From Acetatifactor sp. (GTDB taxonomy: Bacteria; Bacillota; Clostridia; Lachnospirales; Lachnospiraceae), in the NCBI GenBank assembly GCA_045643625.1, contig JAZULD010000080.1, positions 1 through 42,221 on the forward strand: a stretch of 42,221 nucleotides of DNA. The letters are read 5' to 3'. Shown piece after piece: positions 15,829 through 25,278 of the stretch. Below the pieces are notes generated by a model. It ran no database searches. It saw nothing but the letters and a program-made list of their open reading frames with translations, and was not told the origin of the DNA. The number at the start of each line of letters is the position of its first letter. Position 1 is the first letter of the stretch. The position numbers and the translations under genes are program-made.

Positions 15829-18510
15829 TCAGGAGGAATAATTTTCCCTGATCTCCCTGTTCACGCGCTCGATATCCTCCAAAAGGCCTCGTGCCGACAA
15901 TCTCTGTGCGCCGCTGCCCCAGATGATCATCTGCTCCAGCGCGTCGGAGGTCGCAACCGTCACCTGATAGTTGGGGATCATGGTGTGGACCGCCTTCTCG
16001 ATGTACTGGTCCGCGGTCTCCGCCTCCTTGGTGTAGACCACGTGCACATTGTGATACTGAAGCACCGAACCCGAGCCGCCGTGGACCTTGTAGGCGTCGA
16101 AGACGATGATGACTGTATTGCCCACATAGCCCTGGTAATTGCCCATGATGTCGATGAGCTTGTCGCGGGCGCTGTCGATGTTGCGTGCCGCAAGCTCTCT
16201 CAATTCCTCCCAGGCAAAAATGATATTGTAGCCGTCGACCAGCAGGTACTCCTCGGGCTTGTTCTTGCCTCTGACCACCACGGACTCCCTGCCTCTGTAG
16301 GCAGTTCTGACGGTGGGTGCCGCCTCGGGTCTTCTGGTGACGCCGTGGTAGCGTCTGTAGTGTTTTTTATCCTCTTTGCGTCTGCCGTAGGTGTTGGCAA
16401 AAATAGCGTCGATCTCCTCCTGGGAGATGTAGTCGCTGCCGGAGCCTCTCACCTTCTGCATGCTGGCGCTGACCTCGGTGGATTTGATGGCAAAATCATC
16501 CAGCAAATACCTTCCGGTGTAGTGGTTCTGAGAAGTCTGCGCACTCTCCACATGCCAGCCGCTGTCCACGTGGGCATAGGCGTCCACGCGGTCCCAGTCC
16601 ACAAGGAATCCGGCTCCGTGGGAGCAGAAGACGGAGCAGGTGGGATTGTCGAAGTCCGCCTCGGGATCGTAAAACATCTGCTCGACCACCTCTGCCGCAT
16701 TGTGGCAGGGTTCGTAGCCCTTCAGGGTGCAGGATAATCTGCCGAAGCCTCTGGTGTAGGCGTTGAAATCGCTCTGGTAGCCGCGCATGGTGGATACGGG
16801 CGCGGAGCCTGTCAAAATGCATTTGTCACCGTAAGTTCTCGGCGGATCGAACTTGCCCTGCATCCTCTGGACGTCGGACATGGCGCGTCCAACGCACTCC
16901 GCAGGCATCTCCATGGTGAAGGCAAAATGGGGCTCCAGCAGTACGCTCCTGCTCTTTCTGAGTCCCTGGCGCACCGCACGGTAGGTTGCCTGGCGGAAGT
17001 CGCCGCCCTCGGTATGTTTCAAATGGGCTCTGCCCGCGATCAGGCTGATGCGCATATCGGTGATCTCGCTGCCTGTGAGCACGCCCACATGATGCTTCTC
17101 CTCAAGGTGGGTGAGGATCAGTCTCTGCCAGTTTTTGTCAAGTAAGTCCTCGCTGCACAGGGAGACGAACTGCAGTCCGCTGCCCCGCTCGCCGGGCTCA
17201 AGAAGCAGATGCACCTCCGCGTAGTGACGTAGCGGTTCAAAATGGCCGATGCCGATCACCGGCTCCGCGATGGTCTCCTTGTAGACGATGCTGCCTGCGC
17301 CGAAACCGACTTCCACGCCGAAGCGCTCGTAGATCACGCTTTTTAATACTTCTATCTGTACTTCACCCATGACCTGCACGTGGATCTCTCCGGAGAGTTC
17401 CTTCCACACCACATGAAGCATGGGATCTTCTTCCTCCAATTTCCTGAGATGCCCTAAGAGCACCACAGGATCACAGTCAAAGGGCACGATGACCTGATAG
17501 GTGAGAACGGGCTCAAGCATTGGCTGTTCGTTGTTCTCCTCATAGCCCAGACCCTGTCCCGCGAAGGTCCGCGTCAGACCCGTCACAGCCAGAATGCCGC
17601 CGGCCTCCATCTCGTCCACAGTCTTAAACTGGGCGCCGTTGATCACGCGCAGCTGGTTGACCTTCTCCTCCCAGGTGTCCGCCTCGTCCGCGGCACTGCC
17701 TGCGTTTGAGATGAGCTGTCTGCTGCGGATGCTGCCGCCGGTGACCTTTAAATGAGTCAGTCTGTTGCCCGCGGAATCTCTTGTGATCTTATAGACTCTG
17801 GCACCGAACTCCTCGGGATAGTCCGCCTGCAGGGAGTACTCCGCGATACCGTTTAAGAGTTCCTCCACGCCCTCAAGCTTCAGTGCCGAGCCGAAATAGC
17901 AGGGGAATACCGCCCTCGATGCCACCGCGTCGGCGATGTTCTCATGAGCGACCGTACCCTCCGCAAGATATTCTTCCATCAAGTCCTCTCTGCACATGGC
18001 GAGAGCGTCGTAAAAACCATCCGTTCCGATCTTGTCGCCGAACTCCACACAGCCCGGATCGAGCTTCTCCTGAAGCTCCGCAAGAAGCGCCTCCCTGTCA
18101 GTGTCAGGCTGGTCCATTTTGTTGACAAAAATAAAGACCGGCACCTCGTACCTTGCAAGCAGTCTCCACAGAGTGCGGGAATGTCCCTGGACTCCGTCGG
18201 AGCCGCTGATCACCAGCACCGCATAGTCGAGGACCTGCAGCGTTCTCTCCATCTCGGCAGAGAAGTCCACATGTCCGGGGGTGTCGAGCAGAGTGATCTC
18301 AAGGTCCTTCCAGTCCACTCTTGCCTGCTTGGAGAAGATGGTGATGCCCCTTGCTCTCTCCAGCGCAAAGTTGTCTAAGAATGCGTCCTTGTGGTCGACT
18401 CTTCCCATGGTGCGGATGGTTCCGCATGTATATAAAATTCCTTCCGACAAGGTGGTCTTGCCGGCGTCTACGTGAGCTAAAATTCCAAGTACCAGCTTAT
18501 TGCTGCGCAT
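15829..18510 (-). CDS. TetM/EF-G-like translational GTPase with C-terminal NYN (YacP/Rae1-type) RNase domain
   Basis: G1 AHVDAGKT, G2 RGITI, G3 DTPGH, G4 NKMD, G5 GSAL, EF-G-like domains II-V; C-terminal YLLVDGYN..IVFDA..ETADQYIE..VATSD; start ATG 18510 after AGGAGG. Confidence 0.9.
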   Translation of the reverse strand: MRSNKLVLGILAHVDAGKTTLSEGILYTCGTIRTMGRVDHKDAFLDNFALERARGITIFSKQARVDWKDLEITLLDTPGHVDFSAEMERTLQVLDYAVLVISGSDGVQGHSRTLWRLLARYEVPVFIFVNKMDQPDTDREALLAELQEKLDPGCVEFGDKIGTDGFYDALAMCREDLMEEYLAEGTVAHENIADAVASRAVFPCYFGSALKLEGVEELLNGIAEYSLQADYPEEFGARVYKITRDSAGNRLTHLKVTGGSIRSRQLISNAGSAADEADTWEEKVNQLRVINGAQFKTVDEMEAGGILAVTGLTRTFAGQGLGYEENNEQPMLEPVLTYQVIVPFDCDPVVLLGHLRKLEEEDPMLHVVWKELSGEIHVQVMGEVQIEVLKSVIYERFGVEVGFGAGSIVYKETIAEPVIGIGHFEPLRHYAEVHLLLEPGERGSGLQFVSLCSEDLLDKNWQRLILTHLEEKHHVGVLTGSEITDMRISLIAGRAHLKHTEGGDFRQATYRAVRQGLRKSRSVLLEPHFAFTMEMPAECVGRAMSDVQRMQGKFDPPRTYGDKCILTGSAPVSTMRGYQSDFNAYTRGFGRLSCTLKGYEPCHNAAEVVEQMFYDPEADFDNPTCSVFCSHGAGFLVDWDRVDAYAHVDSGWHVESAQTSQNHYTGRYLLDDFAIKSTEVSASMQKVRGSGSDYISQEEIDAIFANTYGRRKEDKKHYRRYHGVTRRPEAAPTVRTAYRGRESVVVRGKNKPEEYLLVDGYNIIFAWEELRELAARNIDSARDKLIDIMGNYQGYVGNTVIIVFDAYKVHGGSGSVLQYHNVHVVYTKEAETADQYIEKAVHTMIPNYQVTVATSDALEQMIIWGSGAQRLSARGLLEDIERVNREIRENYSS

Positions 18511-18548
18511 GGGCCTCCTGCCTTTCGTTCGTCTATAGTCTACCTTTA

Positions 18549-18577
18549 AGTATTTCATGACGGGAGGAAAAAGTCAA
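18549..18577 (-). promoter_or_regulatory. Putative promoter of the GTPase-NYN gene
   Basis: Minus strand TTGACT-N17-AATACT with extended TG. Confidence 0.4.
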
Positions 18578-18611
18578 ATAAACTCCGCCAAAAGATTCTC
18601 TCTCTTTTCCC

Positions 18612-18640
18612 TTGACGCGCATGAAGGTTTATTGTATATT
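18612..18640 (+). promoter_or_regulatory. Sigma-A promoter of the TPP riboswitch/thiT transcript
   Basis: TTGACG-N17-TATATT about 20 nt before the aptamer. Confidence 0.65.
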
Positions 18641-18657
18641 GTTTTTCGAAAAACAAA

Positions 18658-18750
18658 TAAACCGCTAGGGGAGCACATCGCTGAGATTGAACGCCACGCG
18701 TTCTAACCCTCATTACTTGAACCGGTTAATGCCGGCGTAAGGAAGCTTAT
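18658..18750 (+). ncRNA. TPP (THI-box) riboswitch
   Basis: CTAGGGGAGC...GCTGAGA...ACCCT...ACTTGAACCGGTTAATGCCGGCGTAAGGAAG matches the TPP aptamer consensus; lies upstream of thiT. Confidence 0.95.
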
Positions 18751-18818
18751 TAAAGTACTGCAGCCATGCCGCAGTATACGATGTGGTCCTCCTCGCGCAA
18801 ACGAAGGAGGATTTTTTT

Positions 18819-19508
18819 ATGAACAACTTTTTTGCAGCACCCACCGACGTGTGGGGCGATGACGCAGTCATGCTGACACCCACCGGCGTGGTGATCATCT
18901 CCGTCCTGATCGCAATTCTGATCTTCGCGGCAATGATCGTTCGCAGCCGTCAGGTATCCGGCCAGACCGGAGCAACCAAGCTTACCACCAAGCAGCTCGC
19001 ATTCTCCGCAGTTGCACTGGCTCTGGCTATGGTAACTTCCATGATCAAGCTCTTCTCCCTGCCCATGGGCGGCGCAGTAACTCTGCTCAGCATGCTCTTC
19101 ATCGTGCTGGTAGGCAACTGGTTCGGTCCCTACATCGGCCTTATGACCGGTGTCGCTTACGGTCTTCTCCAGTTCGTCATCGAGCCCATCTTCTACACCC
19201 TTCCCCAGATGATCGTTGACTATCCTCTGGCATTCGGTGCACTTGGTCTTGCAGGCTTCTTCTGGAAGAAAAAGAACGGTCTTCCCATCGGTTACATCGT
19301 GGGCGTTATCGGCCGTTTCATCTTCGCCTTCTTATCCGGCGTACTGTTCTTCGCAGCATACGCTCCCGAAGGCATGAGCCCCTACGCATACTCCGCAGTT
19401 TACAACGGTTCCTACCTTGCAGCTGAGGCAGTGATCACCCTGATCATCATCGTGATCCCCCCTGTTGCCAAGGCACTTGGCGCAGTCAAGAAGCTGGCTA
19501 CCGAGTAA
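18819..19508 (+). CDS. thiT: Energy-coupling-factor thiamine transporter S component ThiT
   Basis: LPMGG.VT..SML, G...GL.TG.AYG.LQ, Q..VDYPLAF, SGV.FFA.YAPEG, YS.VYNGSY; TPP riboswitch upstream; AAGGAGG RBS. Confidence 0.92.
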   Translation: MNNFFAAPTDVWGDDAVMLTPTGVVIISVLIAILIFAAMIVRSRQVSGQTGATKLTTKQLAFSAVALALAMVTSMIKLFSLPMGGAVTLLSMLFIVLVGNWFGPYIGLMTGVAYGLLQFVIEPIFYTLPQMIVDYPLAFGALGLAGFFWKKKNGLPIGYIVGVIGRFIFAFLSGVLFFAAYAPEGMSPYAYSAVYNGSYLAAEAVITLIIIVIPPVAKALGAVKKLATE

Positions 19509-19581
19509 GGCGCAAAGCACAACTGTTATCTTCAGTGAAAGATAAAAAAACAGGCATCCATGCCTGTCACCACACCAAAAG

Positions 19582-19619
19582 AAAAACCGGAAGAAGGCAT
19601 TTGCCTCTTCCGGTTTTTT
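19582..19619. terminator. Bidirectional terminator between convergent thiT and the esterase gene
   Basis: AAAAACCGGAAGAaGGCA-tt-TGCCTCTTCCGGTTTTTT. Confidence 0.85.
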
Positions 19620-19694
19620 ATATGCTTTTTTATGATCTGCTTATCGCTCTCTTCCGCCGGTTTCTGAAATGCAGCCGAATACGGGATCTGATGT

Positions 19695-20690
19695 CTATAT
19701 CACTCCGAAATGCTTCAGCACTCTCTCGGGCCAACCTGCAAGCTCGGTGCAGTTGCCGAGGCCGAAGCCGTGACCGCCGGTCTCTGTGATCTCCTTCACG
19801 TAAGGAATTCCCGCCTTGTCAAGCGCCGCAAACAGGTGATCTGCGTTCTTCACATTGACGAAGGGATCGTTCTTCGCCTGGATGAAATATACATCCGGGT
19901 AATCGGGTCCGATATGCCTTGTGATATCGTACTCTCTGACATCCTCAAGGGTGCAGCCCTTTCCGAGCACTCCCTCGATGAAGGCTCTGTTTTCAGGCAG
20001 CTCGTCGCCGATGTGGAAGGCAACCGCGGGGTACATGAGGATCGAGAACTTAGGGCTTGAAATACCGTAAGTCTTTGCGCCGTGATTGTCCGTTCCCCAC
20101 TCGCCTGCGAGGTGTCCGCCTGCGGAGAAACCTGCAATAAAATAATTGTCGGGATCGACGTTAAATTTCTCTTTGTTGTCTTCGATGAAGCCCATGGCCT
20201 TTGCCAGGTCATCGATGGGTCCGGGTAGAAGCTTTCTTCCGTCCTGTTTGGTGGTTCTGTAATTCACCGCAAAGCAGGTAATGCCAAGCTCATTTAAGCG
20301 CGCACCCACAGAATACGCCTCGGTCAGGGAGCAGACGGTTCTGTATCCGCCGCCGGAGGTAAGGACCGCGTAGGGTCTGGAAGGATCGTGGTCATATGCG
20401 GGCATATAGACGACCTTCACCTCTGCCTTGTCGGGATCTTCCTCGATCTCCTCCTCTGTGTACAATTCAAAAACATACTTCTCGCCGCTCTTCTCAAGCT
20501 CTGCAAGTCTGTCAAGCGCAATGTACATCTCGGGGATCGCCCAGTGAGGATGCTTGCGGTGCAGGTCCTCTAAGGTGTCATCGATATCTTCGCTGTAAAA
20601 AGTGCCGCCGGTCAGAAGATCTCTGCCGATCTGCTTATACTCGGAACTAAGGCTTAACTCCCTGAGTGTTGTTTTTTCATTGATGGTCAT
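19695..20690 (-). CDS. Alpha/beta hydrolase (HSL/BD-FAE-like esterase)
   Basis: SGGGY oxyanion motif, GFSAGG nucleophile elbow, DPFV Asp, GGHGFG His. Confidence 0.85.
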   Translation of the reverse strand: MTINEKTTLRELSLSSEYKQIGRDLLTGGTFYSEDIDDTLEDLHRKHPHWAIPEMYIALDRLAELEKSGEKYVFELYTEEEIEEDPDKAEVKVVYMPAYDHDPSRPYAVLTSGGGYRTVCSLTEAYSVGARLNELGITCFAVNYRTTKQDGRKLLPGPIDDLAKAMGFIEDNKEKFNVDPDNYFIAGFSAGGHLAGEWGTDNHGAKTYGISSPKFSILMYPAVAFHIGDELPENRAFIEGVLGKGCTLEDVREYDITRHIGPDYPDVYFIQAKNDPFVNVKNADHLFAALDKAGIPYVKEITETGGHGFGLGNCTELAGWPERVLKHFGVI

Positions 20691-20705
20691 AGCCAAAACC
20701 TCTCA

Positions 20706-21563
20706 CTACAGTTCCAGGAACTTCATGATCTCCTCGATGCGTCTTGCAGCCTCATCGTAGCCATGCTTGTAGTATCTCTTAAGCTCATCCACGCGGCTCT
20801 CCTTGTTCTTCAGAGTGATGTCGGTGGGACGGATCACAAGGGCTCTGCCCTCCTTCTCCATCTGCTCAAGGGTCTCGATGGCTCTGTTGTACTTAGCCGC
20901 TCTCTCGTCAACTACCTTGAGGAAGTTGGGGAACTTGCGGTAGATCATATGGATGGCGCGGACATAGGCTGTGAGGCCTTCTTTTTTGCGGTAGACGCTG
21001 TCTCTGGTAAGCACTGCCAGGATCTTGTCCCAGCCCTCGGCAATTGCTCTCTCAACGGGGATGGCATCTGCGATGCCGCCGTCCAACATGGGCACCCCGT
21101 CCACATAACAGATCTTCGCGGTGATGGGCAGGGAGTTGGCCGCTCTGCACACCCGGAAGAAATGCTTCAGGTCTCTGAATTTCTCGTGGTAGATCAGCTC
21201 GCCGGTGTTCATGTCAACGGTACTTGTGACGAATCTGCCGGGGTAGTTTAACATTGCCTCGTAGTCAAAAGGAGACTTCTCCACGGGCACAACGTCAAAA
21301 AGGTAGTCCATGTCGAACACGGTGCCCTTCTTAAGCAGCGGTCCCAATCCCACGTAGCGGTACTCGCCCAGGGGCTCCACCAGAGCCGAAATGATACGGC
21401 CCTTCTGGCCGGACACATAGTTCATGCCGGCATACGCGCCTGCGGACACCGCCAGTACATTGGGGATCTTGATACCTTTATCCAGAAGGAAGTCGATCAC
21501 GCCTGCAGAGAATACACTTCTCATGGCGCCGCCTTCCAGTAATAAGCCTGTCTTGTCGTTCAC
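20706..21563 (-). CDS. Patatin-like phospholipase (YjjU/DUF6363 type)
   Basis: LEGGAMR...SAG, AVSAGA nucleophile motif, LDGG; GTG start after AGGAG at the end of addA. Confidence 0.88.
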   Translation of the reverse strand: MNDKTGLLLEGGAMRSVFSAGVIDFLLDKGIKIPNVLAVSAGAYAGMNYVSGQKGRIISALVEPLGEYRYVGLGPLLKKGTVFDMDYLFDVVPVEKSPFDYEAMLNYPGRFVTSTVDMNTGELIYHEKFRDLKHFFRVCRAANSLPITAKICYVDGVPMLDGGIADAIPVERAIAEGWDKILAVLTRDSVYRKKEGLTAYVRAIHMIYRKFPNFLKVVDERAAKYNRAIETLEQMEKEGRALVIRPTDITLKNKESRVDELKRYYKHGYDEAARRIEEIMKFLEL

Positions 21564-21565
21564 TG

Positions 21566-24500
21566 TCAGTCTTCTCCTGTCTGATTTTTTGCATCATTAC
21601 GACTATTATACACGCCAAGGCTGAAAGAGTACAGTACTTTCTCTTTCACGGGGCGAAGGAGCAGTCTCTCAAGCGCCTCGCTGTAGTAGAGAAGCTGGGT
21701 CTCGTAGCGGTCCCAGAGGGCTTCCATGGAGGCGATCGCGTCGGTCTTGTAGTCCAGAAGCACAAGTCCGTCCTCCTCCTCAAAATACACGTCGATAATA
21801 CCCTGGATCAGCACAGTCTCGTCCGCAGGGTAGTCTTTTTTAAGTCTGGATGCACTGATACCGAGCACAAAAGGCTGCTCTCTGTGCAGTTTGCCCGCAC
21901 GAAGCGCCCGCCACATGCGGTATGCGATCTTGCTTTTCAAAAATTCGATGATCTTGCGATTCTTAAGGATTCCGCGGTACTCCTCGGAAAGCCTTCGGCT
22001 TACCGCGCATGCGTCAAGATATGCGGTGAGCGCGCTGTCCAGTTCCTTCGCCTTATCACGCATCAGCTGCTCATAGGCAGAGAATTCTTCGGGAAAACCG
22101 CCCAGAACGGGCAGAAGCAGTCCGTCAAAATCAAGGATCTCCATGATCCTGTGGTAGGCGTTGCCGCGAAGGGCTCCGCTCACTGCCTCCTCGCCGCGCT
22201 TAAAGCCGGGCACATAGGGCGCAGGATCCTTCTGTTCAAAGGTATGGTAGGCGCCCTCGTCCTTCTCCGCCATGGCCTGTATCTTAAGCTCCGATACAGT
22301 GGTCTTGGTGTAGAGGTCCGAAAGAGCCTCGTAGGGGTAGCGGAAGGAGAACTTCTCCGAAAGCTCAGCAAGAAGCGCGGGATCTGCCGCCTTAGCTGAT
22401 TCCTTAAGCGCCTTAAGCTTACCCGCAAGGGTCACCTGCTCCGTAAATCTTCGTCTCTCGTAGGTGTCCGGGGTGCAGAAGCTCACCTTGATATCTGTCT
22501 TGTCAAGAATGGGCAGGATAAAGCCAAGCAGGCTCTGGGCGCCCATAAAGCCCGCAAAGGACAATGTCCTCATGCCGCTCTTTCGCTGCTTCTCCCAGAC
22601 CGCTTCCGCATCCGGAAGAGTCGCCGACAGGATCAGCTTCTCCTTGGGGCGTGTCAGTGCCACGTAGAGCACGCGCAGCTCCTCCGAGAGCATATCCTCC
22701 TTCAGTTTGCAGGCCACGCACTTGTGGCGCAGGGTCTCGCCCTGCATGCGAAGGGCGGTGTCTGTATACTTGGTGCCTAGACCTAGATCTCCGTCCACCA
22801 CTAACGCCTTGTACTCATCCTGATGATTGAACTTCTTGTTCAGTCCCGCAACGATGACGATGGGGAACTCCAGTCCCTTACTCTTGTGGATCGACATGAT
22901 GCGCACAACGTCTGCGTTTTCATCCATCACATCCATCTCGCCGTAGTCCACATTATATTTTTCCAGCTGCTCCATATATCTGACAAAATGGAACAGTCCG
23001 AAGTAACTTGTCTTCTCAAAATCCGATGCCTTGGCAAGAAGCATCTCCACATTGGCTCTGCGCCTGCTGCCGCCGGGAAGGGCGGTAACATACTGCATGT
23101 AATTGCAGTCCTCCATCATCTGCTCGATCAGTCTGCGGATGGGGGTGTAGACGGTGAGCTTGCGGTAGCCGGCGATCCTGTCAAGAAAAGCGGATACTTT
23201 GCCGCGAAGGGCAATGCTCTCGGCGTCTTCCTCCTCTTCCGCGCTCACATATGTCTTAAGAGCACTATACAGAGAACCCTTGATGCTCTTTGCGCGGATC
23301 TTCGCAATCTCCTCCTCGGTAAAACCGCCGAAGACGGAACGCAATGTTCCAAAGAGCGCAATATCCCTGCCGGGATTGTCAAGCACGCGCAGAAACTGCA
23401 GTACCTCTCTGACTTCGGTTGCCGCAAAATAGCCTGCCTTGGAGGTAATGTGGGCGGGAATGCCCTCCTGCTCCAGCACCTCCTTCAAAGGCTCGTCCCA
23501 GTTCTTGTTGGTGCGCACCAGGATCACCATGTCGGAGTAGCGCGCGGGACGCAGTCCCTCCTTCTCTGTGACCATGAAGCTCTCCTTCAGCTCCTTGATC
23601 TTCATGGCGATGCTAAGGGCCTCCTGCCTGATGCTGTCCTCTGCCTCTAAGGGATCCGTGAACAGCATCTCGGTCTCGCAGTCTTCATTCTCCGGGAAGG
23701 TCGCGCCCTTGTAGAGGGCAGCCGCCTCATCGTATTCCACGCCGCCGGCGCTCTCTGTCATCACGCGGGAAAAGATTCCGTTGACGCTGCTAAGCACCTC
23801 GTCCCTGCTTCGGAAATTCTTCGAAAGGTCGATGCGCTTCATGGGACCTTCCGGTCCGTAGGTCGTATATTTTTCAATGAACAGCTCCGGTCTTGCCTGA
23901 CGGAAGCGGTAGATGCTCTGCTTCACATCACCGACCATAAAGAGGTTGTACCGTCCGTCGTCCTGGCCGCAGATCGCCGTGAGCAGATACTCCTGCAGTC
24001 TGCTGCTGTCCTGATATTCATCGATAAAGATCTGATCGAAGTGCTGTCTGTACTCTTTGGCCACGCGGCTGGGCACCCACTTATCCCCATCCCTCTCAAG
24101 AAGGATCTGCAGGGCGTAGTGCTCCATGTCGGAGAAGTCTAAGATCTTCTTCTCCTGCTTCTTCTCCAGGATCCTTCTGTCAAAATCAAGCACCAGATCG
24201 ATCAGCGTCCTGATGGGGCCTGCGCAGAGCGCATCCCTTCTGTTGGACATGGTGGGCTGCAGGAAGAAGAATTTTTCCTTCAGCTTCTCCGCTGCCTTTT
24301 TCACATTGTCACGGATCGCCTTTGCACAGTCCTTAAGATCTGCGTCCACTCCGCTTCCTGCCCTGACTGAGGGCAGTCTGTCGAAGGCGAGCGCAGAAAG
24401 CGCAAGTCCGATCTCCTCCAAGCTCTCATAGGAGGATATCTTTTCAAGCTTCTCGACTTCGCTCTCAAGCAGCGCGCCGTATGCATAGGGTCCTGCAGGC

Positions 24501-25216
24501 AGCTCCGCGATGCGAAGGGCCTCGTGCAGATCCTCGGCCAGACCCTTTGTCATGCGCTTTAAGTGTTTTGCCAGATACTTCTCGCTCTCTCCCGCAAGAA
24601 GCCTGCCTTCTTCAATGACATAATCATTCTGTCTCTCAAGCAGCCACTCCTCGGGCCATGGAAAACCTGCCGCGGTCTTGGACAGCTTCAGGATATTCTC
24701 CTCCAGCACATCCTCGCTTGCTCCCGTGCAGAAAAATTCCACGCAGGCCGCAAAGTCCTCATCGCCACTTGCGTAGCGATCCTCCAGCAGTTCCTTCAGG
24801 ACATCCTGTTTAAGCAGCTTGACCTCGCCCTCATCCGCCACGCGGAAGGCAGGGTCCAGACCGATCTCATTAAAATGATTGCGGATCAGAAAAAGGCTGA
24901 AGCTGTCGATGGTGGTGATCTGCGCGTTGTGCAGCAAAGAAGCCTGTCTCTGGAGATGCTCCGAGGTCGGATTTTCGGAGAGTTTCTCCGCGATCGCTTT
25001 GGAGATGCGCTCTCTCATCTCAGCCGCCGCTGCCCTGGTAAAGGTCACTACCAGCATTCTGTCGATGTCCACAGGGTGCTCCTCATCGCAGATCATGCCA
25101 ATGATCCTGCCGACAAGCACCGCCGTCTTACCGCTTCCCGCCGCAGCGGACAAGAGAAGATTGCAATCTCTTGAAACCACCGCCTGATTCTGTTCTTCTG
25201 TAAAAATTACCGGCAT
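21566..25216 (-). CDS. addA: ATP-dependent helicase/nuclease subunit A
   Basis: SAAAGSGKT, TFTRAAA.EM, DEYQD, VGDVKQSIYRFRQA, MSIHKSKGLEF, LYVALTR, nuclease QGIID..LLDYKTD. Confidence 0.96.
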   Translation of the reverse strand: MPVIFTEEQNQAVVSRDCNLLLSAAAGSGKTAVLVGRIIGMICDEEHPVDIDRMLVVTFTRAAAAEMRERISKAIAEKLSENPTSEHLQRQASLLHNAQITTIDSFSLFLIRNHFNEIGLDPAFRVADEGEVKLLKQDVLKELLEDRYASGDEDFAACVEFFCTGASEDVLEENILKLSKTAAGFPWPEEWLLERQNDYVIEEGRLLAGESEKYLAKHLKRMTKGLAEDLHEALRIAELPAGPYAYGALLESEVEKLEKISSYESLEEIGLALSALAFDRLPSVRAGSGVDADLKDCAKAIRDNVKKAAEKLKEKFFFLQPTMSNRRDALCAGPIRTLIDLVLDFDRRILEKKQEKKILDFSDMEHYALQILLERDGDKWVPSRVAKEYRQHFDQIFIDEYQDSSRLQEYLLTAICGQDDGRYNLFMVGDVKQSIYRFRQARPELFIEKYTTYGPEGPMKRIDLSKNFRSRDEVLSSVNGIFSRVMTESAGGVEYDEAAALYKGATFPENEDCETEMLFTDPLEAEDSIRQEALSIAMKIKELKESFMVTEKEGLRPARYSDMVILVRTNKNWDEPLKEVLEQEGIPAHITSKAGYFAATEVREVLQFLRVLDNPGRDIALFGTLRSVFGGFTEEEIAKIRAKSIKGSLYSALKTYVSAEEEEDAESIALRGKVSAFLDRIAGYRKLTVYTPIRRLIEQMMEDCNYMQYVTALPGGSRRRANVEMLLAKASDFEKTSYFGLFHFVRYMEQLEKYNVDYGEMDVMDENADVVRIMSIHKSKGLEFPIVIVAGLNKKFNHQDEYKALVVDGDLGLGTKYTDTALRMQGETLRHKCVACKLKEDMLSEELRVLYVALTRPKEKLILSATLPDAEAVWEKQRKSGMRTLSFAGFMGAQSLLGFILPILDKTDIKVSFCTPDTYERRRFTEQVTLAGKLKALKESAKAADPALLAELSEKFSFRYPYEALSDLYTKTTVSELKIQAMAEKDEGAYHTFEQKDPAPYVPGFKRGEEAVSGALRGNAYHRIMEILDFDGLLLPVLGGFPEEFSAYEQLMRDKAKELDSALTAYLDACAVSRRLSEEYRGILKNRKIIEFLKSKIAYRMWRALRAGKLHREQPFVLGISASRLKKDYPADETVLIQGIIDVYFEEEDGLVLLDYKTDAIASMEALWDRYETQLLYYSEALERLLLRPVKEKVLYSFSLGVYNSRNDAKNQTGED

Positions 25217-25278
25217 ATCTATCTTCTTTCCGTTGTATTTTTCCGGGTCAATATCATCATTCGTTCAGAGAAGAGACG

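Noticed and set aside
14944-16737. 597-aa plus-strand ORF
   Set aside because: Antisense shadow of the GH3 and GTPase-NYN genes; no RBS or recognisable motif, and long antisense frames are expected from the codon bias here
15829-18510. Tetracycline-resistance gene (tetM/tetW) on a mobile element
   Set aside because: Lacks the YSPVST-type loop, carries an extra NYN domain, has host-like composition, and no leader peptide, integrase or conjugation genes are nearby
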